Origin: an uncultured Verrucomicrobiae bacterium
Lineage (GTDB): Bacteria; Verrucomicrobiota; Verrucomicrobiia; Chthoniobacterales; UBA10450
Length of the DNA stretch: 64,000 bases
Assembly: GCA_963772365.1 (NCBI GenBank)
Contig: CAVYXA010000001.1
Span: 992,001-1,056,000 of the forward strand
Reading direction: 5' to 3'
Of this stretch, positions 51,390-62,382 are shown one piece after another. Position 1 is the stretch's first letter. Every line of letters starts with the position of its first letter. The notes below the pieces were generated by a model. The model had not been told where the DNA came from. It ran no database searches and saw nothing but the letters and a program-made list of their open reading frames with translations. A program made the position numbers and the translations under genes.

Positions 51390-51839
51390 ATGTCTAAACC
51401 CCGGATCCGCATTGAAGTGCAGGTGATGTTTTTCGATACGGATTGCGGGGGAGTCGTGTCGAATATCGCTTACCTGCGTTTTATCGAAATGGCTCGGACC
51501 CGGCTGGCGGAAGAACTCGGTCTCCATCTGGCTGAGATGGCTGAGACACAGCAATACCCAGTTGTCGTCCGGACCGAGATCGATTACCGCCGAGCCGCCA
51601 AATTAGCCGACGAGCTTGTCATCGAGGGCTGGCTCGACCGAATTGAACGCGCCCGATTTTGGTGCGCGTTTCATATCGTTCGCAAGAAAGACAACGCGCT
51701 GATTGCCGAATGCCGCCAAATGCTCGCATTGATTGAAATGCCCGCCGGGAAACTGCTGCGTTTGCCAGAGCATTGGGAAAAATATCGGACGACTCCCGCG
51801 GCGACCACCATCGAACCGGTATTGGAACGCTCGTCGTAA
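51390..51839 (+). CDS. Acyl-CoA thioesterase (YbgC/4HBT family)
   Basis: VMFFDTDCGGVVSNIAYLRFIEMAR, EIDYRRAA. Confidence 0.9.
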   Translation: MSKPRIRIEVQVMFFDTDCGGVVSNIAYLRFIEMARTRLAEELGLHLAEMAETQQYPVVVRTEIDYRRAAKLADELVIEGWLDRIERARFWCAFHIVRKKDNALIAECRQMLALIEMPAGKLLRLPEHWEKYRTTPAATTIEPVLERSS

Positions 51840-51842
51840 GAA

Positions 51843-53630
51843 ATGATCGCTGGGGCGCGCACACTTAGCATCCAAGAAACTCTGCTCGAGCCGCCGGCCT
51901 TGCCCGCGCCTCCTACGCGACATGCTCTGCTCGTCATCCTTATTGCGCTGGCTGCGCTCTTACACCTGGCGACGGTTAGTTCGGGCGATCTTTACAGCCA
52001 GACGGAGGGCCAATACGCAGGCGCGGCCTGTGAGATGATTCAGACGCATCAGTGGTTTTTGCCTACGAATGACGGCATCTACCGGCTCCAAAAACCACCA
52101 CTGCTTTACTGGCTGCTCATCCTTTCATTCAAACTCTTCGGCATCGATGCGGCGGCAGCGCGTCTGCCGATTGCATTGTCGATCATCGCTTCGGCGGCGC
52201 TGATTTTCCTCATTGGCGAAAAGCTGGGCAGTTACTGGCGGGGTTTTATTGGCGGTCTCATCTATCTCAGCTTCTGCGGCACATTTCTTCTGGCTCGCAT
52301 TGTCATGCCCGAAGCGCTCTTTAGCATGTTGATTACGGGAGCCATTTATTGTGGCATCTGTGGTTATCAGCGTCGCAAGTACAGACGTCTGTGGTTTGCG
52401 GGATTCTGGATCTGCGCCAGCCTGGCTTGCATAACGAAAGGCTTGTTGGGCCTGGTGTATCCAGCTGCGACTTTTCTGATCCTTTCGATCTTTTATCGAG
52501 AAGCACGGCTTCGTTTTCGCGCACTGTTACGCTGGGAATACTTGGCTATCTTCTGCCTGATCGTGCTCCCGTGGCATATCTGGGCCGAATTGCGCTTCCC
52601 CGGGTATCTTTATTATCTGACCCACTCGGAATGGATCGGCCACGTGCGGGGCCTTTCCGATGCCACTCATGATTTTCTTGGCATGCCCGTTCACCAATTC
52701 CTTATTATGCACCTGGCTTGGTGGTTTCCCTGGTCCCTTGCTCTCTTGCCGGGAATTATCTTTGCCTGGCGTCGAGTCTTGCGAGCGCACGAAATGGAAT
52801 TCGCCGATGCATTGCTGCTTTGCTGGATGAGCGTCATCTTCATCCCGCTTCTCTTTGTTGGCCAACGCCAGGATTATTACTCGATGGGTATGTGGGCCGC
52901 ATTCGCCCTCTGGGCCGCGACTGCATGGGACCGCATGCCGGCGCGATGGCGTGGTGCTGGGGCGGTGTTAGTCGGCCTAACAGGCGTAGCCAGCGCTGCC
53001 CTCGCAATATTTTTATCAAGAGCAGCTCAGTCTCTTAATGGGAATTGGGGAGTGATGGACGACCGCTGGACGGCTTGGAGAGCGCTGCATGATATCCCGC
53101 TTTCCACCTGGCTTACATTTCGACCTATGCTGATCGTAATCGCTTGCTCGCTCATTCTCCTATCGATTGTTGCTATCTATTTCATTTTCAGAGAGCGGGA
53201 AAAACTTGCCGCCATCGCTTTGGCCGGAGCCATGATTCCGAGCGGGCTGAGCATGATCGATGGCGTGGGACGCATGGCTCCTTATTTTTCGCTGGCCGAT
53301 TTGGCGCGCTTTCTCAACTCCCATCTAAAAGAAAACGTGCTTTTCGAAGGACCGCTCGCCGACGGCTGCAGCCTAATTTTCTACCTGAAGAAGCAATTCC
53401 TGCTCGTTAACCAAAACCCGCGTAAGGAGGCGCCAATGGGTGCGCTCTCGAACAATCTTTTTTTAGATGACGAGGAGGTTTTGAAAATGTGGGGTGAGCC
53501 GAAGTCCGTTTATCTGATTATCGAGCAATCACGTATGAGTCACTGGACGAAGCTGCTTACGGAACGATTTCACATCTATCATGAGGTCGCCGAATCGGGC
53601 ACTTATGTCGTCTTGAGCAATCAATTCTGA
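51843..53630 (+). CDS. ArnT/PMT-like polytopic glycosyltransferase
   Basis: [32 protein letters not shown], multiple TM segments. Confidence 0.88.
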   Translation: MIAGARTLSIQETLLEPPALPAPPTRHALLVILIALAALLHLATVSSGDLYSQTEGQYAGAACEMIQTHQWFLPTNDGIYRLQKPPLLYWLLILSFKLFGIDAAAARLPIALSIIASAALIFLIGEKLGSYWRGFIGGLIYLSFCGTFLLARIVMPEALFSMLITGAIYCGICGYQRRKYRRLWFAGFWICASLACITKGLLGLVYPAATFLILSIFYREARLRFRALLRWEYLAIFCLIVLPWHIWAELRFPGYLYYLTHSEWIGHVRGLSDATHDFLGMPVHQFLIMHLAWWFPWSLALLPGIIFAWRRVLRAHEMEFADALLLCWMSVIFIPLLFVGQRQDYYSMGMWAAFALWAATAWDRMPARWRGAGAVLVGLTGVASAALAIFLSRAAQSLNGNWGVMDDRWTAWRALHDIPLSTWLTFRPMLIVIACSLILLSIVAIYFIFREREKLAAIALAGAMIPSGLSMIDGVGRMAPYFSLADLARFLNSHLKENVLFEGPLADGCSLIFYLKKQFLLVNQNPRKEAPMGALSNNLFLDDEEVLKMWGEPKSVYLIIEQSRMSHWTKLLTERFHIYHEVAESGTYVVLSNQF

Positions 53631-54190
53631 GCAGCGCGAACGTCCTTCGACAGCAAACGGCCCCAAAATTGGTCGTAGGGATGAACGCGCGTGACCGGTT
53701 CCCCATCACGCACCAGCGGACGATGCTCGTTAGCCCACTGGAAAATACCGCCATCCAAATTTTGCACATTTGTGAAACCCGCTGCGCGCAAGCGGGAAGC
53801 AAGATTCCCCGAGCGATAACCCACCGCGCAATAGGTCACAATCGCCGCACCCTTTGAGACATTCGGCAAAGCTGCTTCGCTAGAAGCGCCAGGATCGACC
53901 CTGCGCGCCCCCGGCAAATGGCTCACGTTCCATTCGGCCTCGGTGCGAACATCGAGAAGAATCGGTGGTTTCCGTTGTCGATCTTCCAGCCAATCCGCCA
54001 GCTCATTTGTGCTGATCCATCGCATTTCCGGAAATTGGCTCCGCAATGACGCTCGAAGCATGAACCATTGAAACGCGCTGGTCCGGACCGCGCCGTATCC
54101 GGCCACCAGCACGATCAACGCCGTCACAATCAGGCCAAGCCGCGTATTGGATTTGCGAATCCGTCGTGGCAAAGGGCTGGCTAAGTCCAT
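53621..54190 (-). CDS. Rhodanese-like domain protein
   Basis: [37 protein letters not shown]. Confidence 0.92.
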   Translation of the reverse strand: MDLASPLPRRIRKSNTRLGLIVTALIVLVAGYGAVRTSAFQWFMLRASLRSQFPEMRWISTNELADWLEDRQRKPPILLDVRTEAEWNVSHLPGARRVDPGASSEAALPNVSKGAAIVTYCAVGYRSGNLASRLRAAGFTNVQNLDGGIFQWANEHRPLVRDGEPVTRVHPYDQFWGRLLSKDVRAAQN

Positions 54191-54251
54191 TTGAAAAATT
54201 CCCGAGCCGGTTTAATATGAGCGCTCATTTTCGTCACTTCTACGCTAAGTT

Positions 54252-54407
54252 ATGTCACAACATCGAAGTTTAAAGGGAACCAGCACCATCGCCGCCAAGC
54301 GCAACGTCCTGAAGCGCTTCGAGCGGGTCGAGATTCTGAAAAAGCGCGGGCAATGGAAGGAAGGACAGAAAGTCCTCGGACTTCCCAAAACCAAGCCTGA
54401 CGTCTAA
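54252..54407 (+). CDS. PVC superphylum small basic protein (TIGR04137-like)
   Basis: Manual translation MSQHRSLKGTSTIAAKRNVLKRFERVEILKKRGQWKEGQKVLGLPKTKPDV*. Below the ORF track cutoff. Confidence 0.9.
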   Translation: MSQHRSLKGTSTIAAKRNVLKRFERVEILKKRGQWKEGQKVLGLPKTKPDV

Positions 54408-54485
54408 ACGGTGGATCGTTAAATTGTTGCATCGTTAAATGGCTGGACGATTCACGGTTTTAACGAGTCACGATTTACGGTCCCC

Positions 54486-55181
54486 ATGCGTCTCAATCGC
54501 TTTCTCGCCGCTGCCGGCGTCGGTTCGCGGCGGCATTGCGATGAATTGATCGCGGCCGGCCGCGTTACGATCAATGGCCAGGTTTGTACCAGGTTCAATG
54601 CCCAGCCCTCTCCGCGCGATCACGTAAAGGTCGACGGCAAGCTTGTTCACGTCGATCACCCGATCACTATCATCCTGAATAAACCGGCCGGATTCGTTTC
54701 AACGCGAAAAGATCCGCACGTGCGCGATACGATTTTCGATCTGTTGCCTCCAAAGTTCGCGCGGCTCTTCAACATCGGCCGACTCGATGCGCAAACAGAA
54801 GGTTTGCTCCTTCTCACAAACGACGGCGATCTCGCCCAGCGGCTCACTCATCCGCGCTACAAGATCGACAAGGAATATGAAGTAAGCCTCGATCGAGCGT
54901 GGGATTCGACACTCACGCCAAAGCTGACAAAAGGGATCCTTCTCGACGGCAAACGCGCGCGAATCGAGCGGCTCCATTCAATCGCTCCGGGGCGATTACG
55001 CGTTGTTCTGCGACAAGGAATTAACCGACAAATTCGCAGGATGTTTGATACGCTCGGCTACGGTGTAAAGCATCTCACCCGCAGCCGGGTCGGGAACATT
55101 CGCCTCGGCGATCTGCCGCGCGGCCACTGGCGTTTTCTGACAAAGCGCGAGCTCGACTCGATATTGCCGGGTGCTCGTTAG
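54486..55181 (+). CDS. rluB: rRNA pseudouridine synthase (RsuA/RluB family)
   Basis: S4 domain MRLNRFLAAAGVGSRR, NKPAG, GRLD, GLLLLTNDG, NRQIRRM. Confidence 0.88.
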   Translation: MRLNRFLAAAGVGSRRHCDELIAAGRVTINGQVCTRFNAQPSPRDHVKVDGKLVHVDHPITIILNKPAGFVSTRKDPHVRDTIFDLLPPKFARLFNIGRLDAQTEGLLLLTNDGDLAQRLTHPRYKIDKEYEVSLDRAWDSTLTPKLTKGILLDGKRARIERLHSIAPGRLRVVLRQGINRQIRRMFDTLGYGVKHLTRSRVGNIRLGDLPRGHWRFLTKRELDSILPGAR

Positions 55182-55206
55182 ATCAACCGTGATTGCGCCG
55201 TGCGGA

Positions 55207-55323
55207 AAAGCGACGCGAGGACGCGTGCGCACTCCGAAAGCTTCGCGAAATGTGGACAACGCATTCGTCCAGGTGTCGCACGAAGTGCTTTCGGAGTGCG
55301 ACTGCGTCCTCGCATCGCTTTTT
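55207..55323. repeat. REP doublet, family B
   Basis: AAAGCGACGCGAGGACGCGTGCGCACTCCGAAAGC ... GCTTTCGGAGTGCGACTGCGTCCTCGCATCGCTTT. Confidence 0.82.
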
Positions 55324-55390
55324 CCTACGCGCGCCATCAATGCACACTACGTTTGACACATTGCCTGGGAAGCCGTCGTTGCTACTAAAT

Positions 55391-56173
55391 ATGGAACTCG
55401 ACGGATGTAGCGCACTCATTACCGGCGCTTCTGCCGGAATTGGACGCGAGTTCGCCCGGCAACTCGCATCGCGCGCCCGCTCACTAGTGCTGGTGGCACG
55501 TCGCCTCGAGCGCTTGGAGGAATTGCGCGATGAACTGCTCAATCGCTCGCCGCACCTGATTATCCACATTCGCGTTGTCGATCTTGCTGACAACTCGCAG
55601 ATCGATCAATTGACCGAATGGCTTCGGGACCAAAAAATCGATATCGATTTACTAATCAATAATGCGGGAATTGGTGATTACGGGCCGGTGGCAACAAGCC
55701 AGATCGAACGAGATGATCGTATGATTCGAGTGAACATCACGGCAATCACGCTGCTCACTCGACATCTGCTGCCGCAAATGATTGTCAAAAAGCGAGGCGC
55801 GATATTGAACGTCAGCTCGAGCGCAGGATTTCTTCCGATTCCAGGCATGGCCGTTTATGCCGCCAGCAAATCTTATGTGATCAGCTTTTCGGAAGCGCTT
55901 CGAGCAGAACTCAAGGGGACCGGGGTTAGCATCACAACCCTTTGCCCTGGACCGGTGCACACCGAATTTGGGGATGCAGCAAAGCGCCCGGGCAACGATC
56001 CATAACGCGCGCCCGAGTTCGTTTACATGTCCGTCCAAAGAGTCGTCCGTGACGCCCTTGCAGCCGTTGAGGCTGATCGCCCTTTGGTCATTCCCGGTTT
56101 CTGGATGAAGCTCGGAATGTTTCTCGTTCGTCTCACGCCGATGGCGATCTTGCGCCGGGTTTTGGCAAGATGA
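55391..56173 (+). pseudogene. Short-chain dehydrogenase/reductase with in-frame TAA at 56003-56005
   Basis: TGASAGIG, NNAG, YAASK, CPGPVHTEF. After the TAA the same frame continues RAPEFVYMSVQRVVRDALAAVEADRPLVIPG...* to 56173. Confidence 0.8.
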
Positions 56174-56335
56174 GGTGGCTCGGCTTCTCCGAAGACGCTC
56201 GTAAGACAATCGCCGAAGGGGCACGCCTCGGTCTTCGGCACCGTCACACGAAAGTTTGGCGGCAAAGCAGCATTTGCTTTATTAAGGCGCTGAGGACAAA
56301 GCGTTCCACCCGAATTGCCATAGTTGAATCTCTGA

Positions 56336-57535
56336 TTAGTCGTCCTCGTCCAGCAAATCTTTCAGCATCGGCTGTGGATTGCTCGGCAACTCTTCGACAT
56401 CGCGCAGCTTTCTCGTGATGGCACGCGACCGAACATCGACATCTTCCATTTTTCGCGCCGCTTGATCGAGTTTGTCCTTCACTGTCGATAACGCTTCGCC
56501 GAACTTTCCGAATTCCGTTTTTACTCCTGCCAGTAAATTCCAGACTTCGCTTGATCGCTTTTGAATGGCCAACGTTCGAAAGCCCATCTGCAAACTGTTT
56601 AGTAATGCGACGAGGGTCGTCGGACCAGCGAAGACTACGCGACAATCGCGCTGGACTTGCTCCACCAATCCGGCCCGCCGGATCGCCTCCGCGTAAAGCC
56701 CCTCTGTCGGCAAAAACATCAACGCGAAATCAGTCGTGCGGGGCGGGTTGATGTATTTCTGGCAAATGTCCTTTGCGCTCTTCTTTAACTGCATTTCCAG
56801 GCTCTTCATGGCGCTGTCGATCGCATCGATATCGCCCTTGTCCTGCGCCGCCAGCAGCCGGGTATAATCTTCCGTCGGAAATTTCGCATCGATCGGCAGC
56901 CAGACCGGCGCGCCATTTTCATCGCCTGGCAGCTTGATTGCGAACTCGACATGTTCGCCGCTTTCTTCGCGCGTCTTCACATTTTTGGCGAACTGATCGG
57001 GCGTAAGCACCTGCTCGAGCAATGCGCCCAATTGCACTTCGCCCCATCCACCCCGGGTTTTAACGTTGGTCAAAACTTTCTGCAATCCGCCTACGTCGCT
57101 GGCCAATTGCTGCATAGCGCCGAGCCCTCTGTGCACCTGTTCAAGCCGTTCGCTCACTAGTTTGAATGATTCACCGAGGCGCTTCTCCAGCGTCCCCTCC
57201 AGTTTTTCATCGACAGTCGACCGCATCTTATCGATCTGCTTTGCGTTATCCTCCTGCAATTGTTTCAACCGAAGATCGACAATCGAACGCACGCTCTCGA
57301 GTGATTTCGTGAGTTCTTCGCGCTGCGCTTTCGCCGCGCCCGCGTTTTCCTCCCGAGTCCGGGCCATTTCCTCACGCAGCATCCGTTCTCCGCGCTCCTG
57401 AGCGGTTTCCAGAAGTTCAATCTTTCTCAACACGGAGCTCTCGTCACCAGCGCCGCGTCGGGCGAGCAAAAGAATGATTCCCGCAAGCAAAATGCCACCG
57501 ATCAAGCTGGCGATGAGATAAAGCAACGGAGTCAC
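56336..57535 (-). CDS. rmuC: DNA recombination protein RmuC
   Basis: VDEKL, NVKTRGGWGEVQL, LPIDAKFP, KYINPPRTTDFALMFLPTEGLYAE. Confidence 0.95.
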   Translation of the reverse strand: MTPLLYLIASLIGGILLAGIILLLARRGAGDESSVLRKIELLETAQERGERMLREEMARTREENAGAAKAQREELTKSLESVRSIVDLRLKQLQEDNAKQIDKMRSTVDEKLEGTLEKRLGESFKLVSERLEQVHRGLGAMQQLASDVGGLQKVLTNVKTRGGWGEVQLGALLEQVLTPDQFAKNVKTREESGEHVEFAIKLPGDENGAPVWLPIDAKFPTEDYTRLLAAQDKGDIDAIDSAMKSLEMQLKKSAKDICQKYINPPRTTDFALMFLPTEGLYAEAIRRAGLVEQVQRDCRVVFAGPTTLVALLNSLQMGFRTLAIQKRSSEVWNLLAGVKTEFGKFGEALSTVKDKLDQAARKMEDVDVRSRAITRKLRDVEELPSNPQPMLKDLLDEDD

Positions 57536-57549
57536 AATGCGTGAATATC

Positions 57550-57618
57550 TGTAGCGGCGGTCTATGACCGTCGCAAACTTCCGCCCGAAAATGGCAACGG
57601 TCGCAGACCGCCGCTACA
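57550..57618. repeat. GTAG-type REP doublet, followed by a degenerate family-A palindrome (57668-57782)
   Basis: TGTAGCGGCGGTCTATGACCGTCG ... CGGTCGCAGACCGCCGCTACA. Confidence 0.82.
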
Positions 57619-57784
57619 TCAAAATTGCAGCTTGTTTCCCGCGCAGACGCTCCGGTCCTGTCGGCATTGTCATCCTGAGCGGAGTGAAGGACCTCGCGCA
57701 AACTGGTTGAGCACGCTAGCCAGATTATGTGGCCGAAACTTCGCAGGCGTGTTCCCTCGCTTGCGCTCGGGATCGCGATGCACC

Positions 57785-59771
57785 TCAGAAGCGTAATTTT
57801 GCTCCCGCGTAGACAGCTCGCCCGAGCGCGGGAAAGCCGAAGACCTCGGCGTAATGTTCGTTCGTTAAATTATCGACTCGGCCAAAGATCGACATATGCG
57901 GATTGATTTCGTATTCCGCCGCGAAATTGACGAAAACGTAATCTTCAATGTCAAAGTTTGGTCCGCCAAAATTCAATTCTTCACGCGCATTCACAAACTT
58001 GGCGGCGACAGTCGTGCGTAGTTTGCTGCACCAAAGGTAGGAAGCTGAGAGAGATACTTCATTCCGTGGCCGACGCGGCAATCGGGCGCCTTGCTGCTGC
58101 GAAATGTCTGTCGACGACGTTTTCTCTGCGTCCAGATATGTGTAAGTGGCAATCAAGGTAAGGTCGATCATCGGTTGGGCGCGCAATTCCGCTTCCAATC
58201 CCTGCGTTTCTGCCGAGCCCAGATTAAGCGTTTCGAACAATCCGTTAAACCCAATCACGTTGGACAGGTCATTGTGAAAATAAGTAGCGCCGACCATGAC
58301 GCGATTTATCCAGAGCCGTTGCTCGACGCCGATGTCCCAGCCGAAATCTTCTTCCGGACGTAATTCGAAATTCATCCCGAAAATCTTGTCCTGACTGCTC
58401 GGCGGGCTGAATCCCGTAGCCGCGCTGGAATGCAGCGTCGTATTCGTCTTGTCGATCTTGTAACTGCTCGCGACGCGATAAGTCCAAACGTCGCCGAACT
58501 GATTGAAATGATCGATCCGGCCGCCGGCGACCAGAATGAGATTGTCGATGTTAGCTGTTGCTTCCAGAAAGCCAGCGATTTCTTCGGTGTGATCGCTTAT
58601 GAACGTCGGACCAAACAGTACCGAAAGGGCGCTCCTCGCCTGCGTTTAGCCGGCTGTAGAAGAATCCACCAGTAAGCGTGAGCCATGAAGTTGCTTGCAT
58701 ATCGCTTTGGTAATCGATCTGCGTTCTCTCGAATAAAGCGCGCGTCGGGCCGACAAATCCATCCTGGTTCGGATCATTAAGCTGCCGTTCGTGATCGTAG
58801 GCGAACACGAACTTCTGGATCCACCAATCCGTCACTATCCAATCGATATGGGGCGCAATCAGCCAGCGTTCGGTCAGAAAATTGTCGAGCGGACGCGGAT
58901 CGAAGATCGTGTTCGGATTCCCGGTATCGCTCAGCGAATAGGTAAGCAGACTGCCGATTCGCAGGTTCTCATTTGGCGACCAGCCAAGGTTGGCAACTGC
59001 CGCCGTGTTACGATATTCATTATTCGGCCGCGCATTATCGGTGTCGATGCGGCTGGCGCCGATCGAATAATCGAATTCTTTAATCTTGCCATCGCTCTCA
59101 AACGATTCGCGAAACGTCCCGTACGAACCACCTTCAGAGGTTATCGAAGCACCTGGCGTCCCCTCGCCCCGTTTCGTAAAAATCTGAATTACGCCAGCCA
59201 AAGCTCGTGGACCGTAAATGGTGCTTTGCGGACCGCGGACGATCTCGATCCTCTCGATGTTATCAATGCTCAGATCGGCGAAATTGAATGCGCCTTGCAG
59301 TCCTTGGTTGATGGGAATCCCATCGAGCAACACCTGGGTGTGTTCGCTGCGGAGGCCACGCGTGAAAACCGAAGTGAGCTGACCAGCCGTGCCGGTTTCG
59401 ACAACTGAAACGCCGGGAATTTCGCGCAATGCTTCAGCGACTCGTTCGATCTGTTTCTGATCGATATCTTCGGATGAAATCACGGTCACGCTGGCGGGCG
59501 ATTGATCGAGCGGAACACCCGTGCGAGTTGCGGAGACAACAACCGTTTGGGTTTGCTCCTCCTGCCCGAACGAACCGAGCGGAGCTAACGCGAGCAACGC
59601 GGCGATCCGGATTGGGTAGCGCACGCGTCTCGCGTGTTGGTTTTGGCGTCGCGCCAAAACAATCTTTAGTTTAGATTTGGTCCGCGGAGGACGATGAACA
59701 CTCCTAGGAAAGTTCGCGATCGCGAGGACGCGTGCGCTACCCGGAAAGGTGATTGAACGTATTTTCAGCAT
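57785..59771 (-). CDS. btuB: TonB-dependent receptor, BtuB-like (one-base frameshift near 58621)
   Basis: TonB box/plug VVVSATR...RGLRSEHTQVLLDG...IERIEIVRGPQSTIYG. Removing one G joins it through VAGGRIDHFNQFG...TGFSPPS to ORF 57785..58375, which ends RVDNLTNEHYAEVFGFPALGR...LRF. A cobalamin riboswitch lies upstream. Confidence 0.85.
59614..59742. repeat. 129-bp GTAG-type REP palindrome inserted in frame in the btuB signal-peptide region
   Basis: GGGTAGCGCACGCGTCTCGCG ... CGCGAGGACGCGTGCGCTACCC. Removing it gives MLKIRSITFPIRIAALLALAPLGSFGQ. Confidence 0.8.
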
Positions 59772-59884
59772 AACAAGTTTCCTCCAGTTGTTGAGAGGCG
59801 GACTCGTCGCCGAAACGAAAACGTCCAGCTCTCATTCTTCTTTTTGCGAAGAAGTTTTTTCGTGTCCCGCACTCGCGGGACCGA

Positions 59885-60095
59885 ATGAGGTGGACCCGGT
59901 CGAATATTCTGGCTCCTGGCGTATGGTCCGAAAGCTTTCGGACGCACCTTTCTCCCGCCTTCACCGATGTCGCCGCATTCGCGGGACGACCGATTGGCCC
60001 ATGGGAAATTGTATCCAGTTACAGCAGCGCAACTGCTCCCGATTTACACGGGATTTCTCGCGCCGATCCACTAATCCAAGCTCGCAAAGAACCCA
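59885..60095 (-). ncRNA. Cobalamin riboswitch (divergent); boundaries approximate
   Basis: Reverse complement contains GAGAAATCCCGTGTAAATCGGGAGCAGTTGCGCTGCTGTAA, then GCCA...GGTGAAGGC, and a B12-box-like CCAGGAGCCAGAATA. Lies 5' of the btuB-like gene. Confidence 0.7.
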
Positions 60096-60187
60096 CAGCG
60101 CCGTTCCGCCGACGCCTTTCATCAGGGTTAGCCAGCAGATTGTCTCGACTCAAGACAAATTTGATCAATCGCGCTATACTGGCCGCC

Positions 60188-61180
60188 GTGCCCGAATCCG
60201 ATTCCTCGCCAAATTTTGTCGTTACCGGCGGCGCCGGCTTCATTGGGTCCAACCTGACCCTCAAATTACACGAACGATTCCCCAATGCGCGCCTGACGGT
60301 AATCGATGACTTTCGCTCCGGCGATTTTAAGAACCTGGCGGGATATCGCGGTGATTTCGTCGCTCAAAATCTGGCTACGCTTGATTGGCAGCAACAATTT
60401 GGCGATCAAAAGTTCGACGCGATCTTTCATCTCGCCTCGATTACAGACACCACCAACCACAATCAGTTCCAGCAGGTCCACGATAACGTGGAAAGTTTTC
60501 GGCGGATCCTGCGATTCGCACGTCAGACGGAGACCCGAATCATCTACGCCTCTTCAGCCGCCACCTATGGTCCGGCGAGCCAGGCAAGCGTCGAATCAAA
60601 CGGTGCTGCCCCAGCGAATATTTACGCGTTTTCCAAGGCGATCATGGACAACATCGCCACGCGCGAAGCAAAGGAGAACCCGGATTGGATCATCATCGGT
60701 GTTCGCTATTTTAACGTTTACGGTCCACGCGAAGCGCACAAAGGAGTGCCCGCAAGCATGGTTTATCATTTGTCACAACAGATGAAAGCCGGTCAGCGCC
60801 CACGGATTTTTAAACATGGCGAACAGAAACGCGATTTCGTCTATGTAAAGGACGCTGTGGACGGCACGATTCGTGGCCTGGATGCAAAGGCCAGCGGAAT
60901 TTTCAATCTCGGTTCGGGGCGGGCGCGTTCTTTTAACGAACTTGTCGATGTTCTAAACAAGACGCTGGGCACGAAATTTCAGCCTGAGTACATCGACAAT
61001 CCTCACGCGCATTATCAAAACTTCACCTTGGCCGATCTTACCAGAGCGCGCGGCGTTCTCGGCTACAAACCGCTCTTTCCCCTCGAAGACGGCGTTCGGG
61101 ATTACATGCAGTGGTTGTACGGCGCGAACTCACGCGCCATCATCTTGAGCCAAGCGAAGAATCCGGCAAACCGTCCTTGA
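60188..61180 (+). CDS. hldD: ADP-L-glycero-D-manno-heptose 6-epimerase
   Basis: VTGGAGFIGSNL, YASSAATYG, YAFSK, RYFNVYGPREAHKG, RDFVYVKD, YQNFTLAD. Start taken at GTG 60188. Confidence 0.9.
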   Translation: MPESDSSPNFVVTGGAGFIGSNLTLKLHERFPNARLTVIDDFRSGDFKNLAGYRGDFVAQNLATLDWQQQFGDQKFDAIFHLASITDTTNHNQFQQVHDNVESFRRILRFARQTETRIIYASSAATYGPASQASVESNGAAPANIYAFSKAIMDNIATREAKENPDWIIIGVRYFNVYGPREAHKGVPASMVYHLSQQMKAGQRPRIFKHGEQKRDFVYVKDAVDGTIRGLDAKASGIFNLGSGRARSFNELVDVLNKTLGTKFQPEYIDNPHAHYQNFTLADLTRARGVLGYKPLFPLEDGVRDYMQWLYGANSRAIILSQAKNPANRP

Positions 61181-61226
61181 TGAAGCAATGCCGGATGGTT
61201 GGTGATCGTTTTCTCGATGCGAAACC

Positions 61227-61637
61227 CTATCCTTCCCAAAGGAATTTGGTGGGCCGGTTTATTTCCGGCGCGAGACTTTTGTGTACCGGACAATTAAGAC
61301 CGGTTTGTTCGAGAACCTGTCGATGCGGCGAATCCGGCGGCAATGGCACGTGAACTTCCGAGGGCAATCCGACAATTCGGCGGGGCGAATCCTTCGACAT
61401 TTCCTTAGTAACGGAAACGGTCATCCCTTTCAAGCTCACGCCCAGCTCCTCAGCCTTGATTCCCATTGTGGTGCTAATGCATGTCCCGAGAGCGGTAGCG
61501 ACAAGATCTGTAGGCGAAAACGATTCGCCTTTCCCTTTATTGTCCGCCGGAGCGTCGGTCGGGATTTTTGACTGCGACGGCCCGTGCGTCGCGTCGCAAT
61601 GCAAATTGCCGGTGTATGTGATCGTGATGTTGACCAT
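61227..61637 (-). CDS. OsmC family protein
   Basis: TDAPADNKGKGESFSPTDLVATALGTC, CPVHKSL. Confidence 0.92.
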   Translation of the reverse strand: MVNITITYTGNLHCDATHGPSQSKIPTDAPADNKGKGESFSPTDLVATALGTCISTTMGIKAEELGVSLKGMTVSVTKEMSKDSPRRIVGLPSEVHVPLPPDSPHRQVLEQTGLNCPVHKSLAPEINRPTKFLWEG

Positions 61638-61721
61638 GACGAATTATGAGCTGCGTCTTGCGCGTTGTCATGTCGCGGCAGGCAGACGTCTTTGATGCGG
61701 TGGATTAGCGAACGGAAAAGG

Positions 61722-62252
61722 TTAATCCTTTTTCTTCCGGAAACGCTGAACACTCAAGAGCAAGCTGGCTCCCAGGATGGTCATGACCCACGTCGATGGT
61801 TCGGGGATCAGATCAACCGGCTGAGCACCGTTCAGGAAAGCCTCGTACATCGGCACAGCGGCGTTGGCCGAGTTGTCGATCGTCCGATTGGCAGCTTGGG
61901 CCACGCCGCGGATAACGAGTTCGCCAATTCTGTCCGCGTGAAATTCCTCAAATTTTCTAAAGTTCAAATTTCCATTAACGCCTGGGACCATGCTCAGACG
62001 CCGATTATCCGAGACGTAGTTATTTGTGACGCCGTCTTCCAAATTCAAGTCCAGCCCGCCATTCGCCATCATGTCAACCTTTGAAGGCTGATGCGCTGCG
62101 GAAGCTGGCCCGAGCCCCCAATTCCGAATCCCCGAGGCCGCGCTGAATGGAAACAGCTGGCTCTGGGCATCTGCATTGCCGGCCATCAAGAGCACCGTGA
62201 AGGCACTCACCGCAAAAACGAGTGAGCCGCGAATAATTATCCCTTTCGTCAT
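61722..62252 (-). CDS. PEP-CTERM sorting domain protein
   Basis: Signal peptide; C-terminal IPEPSTW plus TM plus RFRKKK. Confidence 0.85.
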   Translation of the reverse strand: MTKGIIIRGSLVFAVSAFTVLLMAGNADAQSQLFPFSAASGIRNWGLGPASAAHQPSKVDMMANGGLDLNLEDGVTNNYVSDNRRLSMVPGVNGNLNFRKFEEFHADRIGELVIRGVAQAANRTIDNSANAAVPMYEAFLNGAQPVDLIPEPSTWVMTILGASLLLSVQRFRKKKD

Positions 62253-62382
62253 AACGTTTACGTTCGATTGCGGCTGGCTTCCCTGCGCAGGGGACAGCCC
62301 GCCCTTCGTTTTTTTGCAACATTGATGATGGAACGTTTATGCTTAAAAAGTCAATGCTTTTCTGAGGTCGAGCACGCCGGCT

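Noticed and set aside
59885..60187. N-terminal extension of the hldD ORF (also the extensions on sucB, glnB, thioesterase, SDR and pheS)
   Set aside because: The extensions run through riboswitch, repeat or neighbouring-gene sequence, and family similarity begins at downstream starts.
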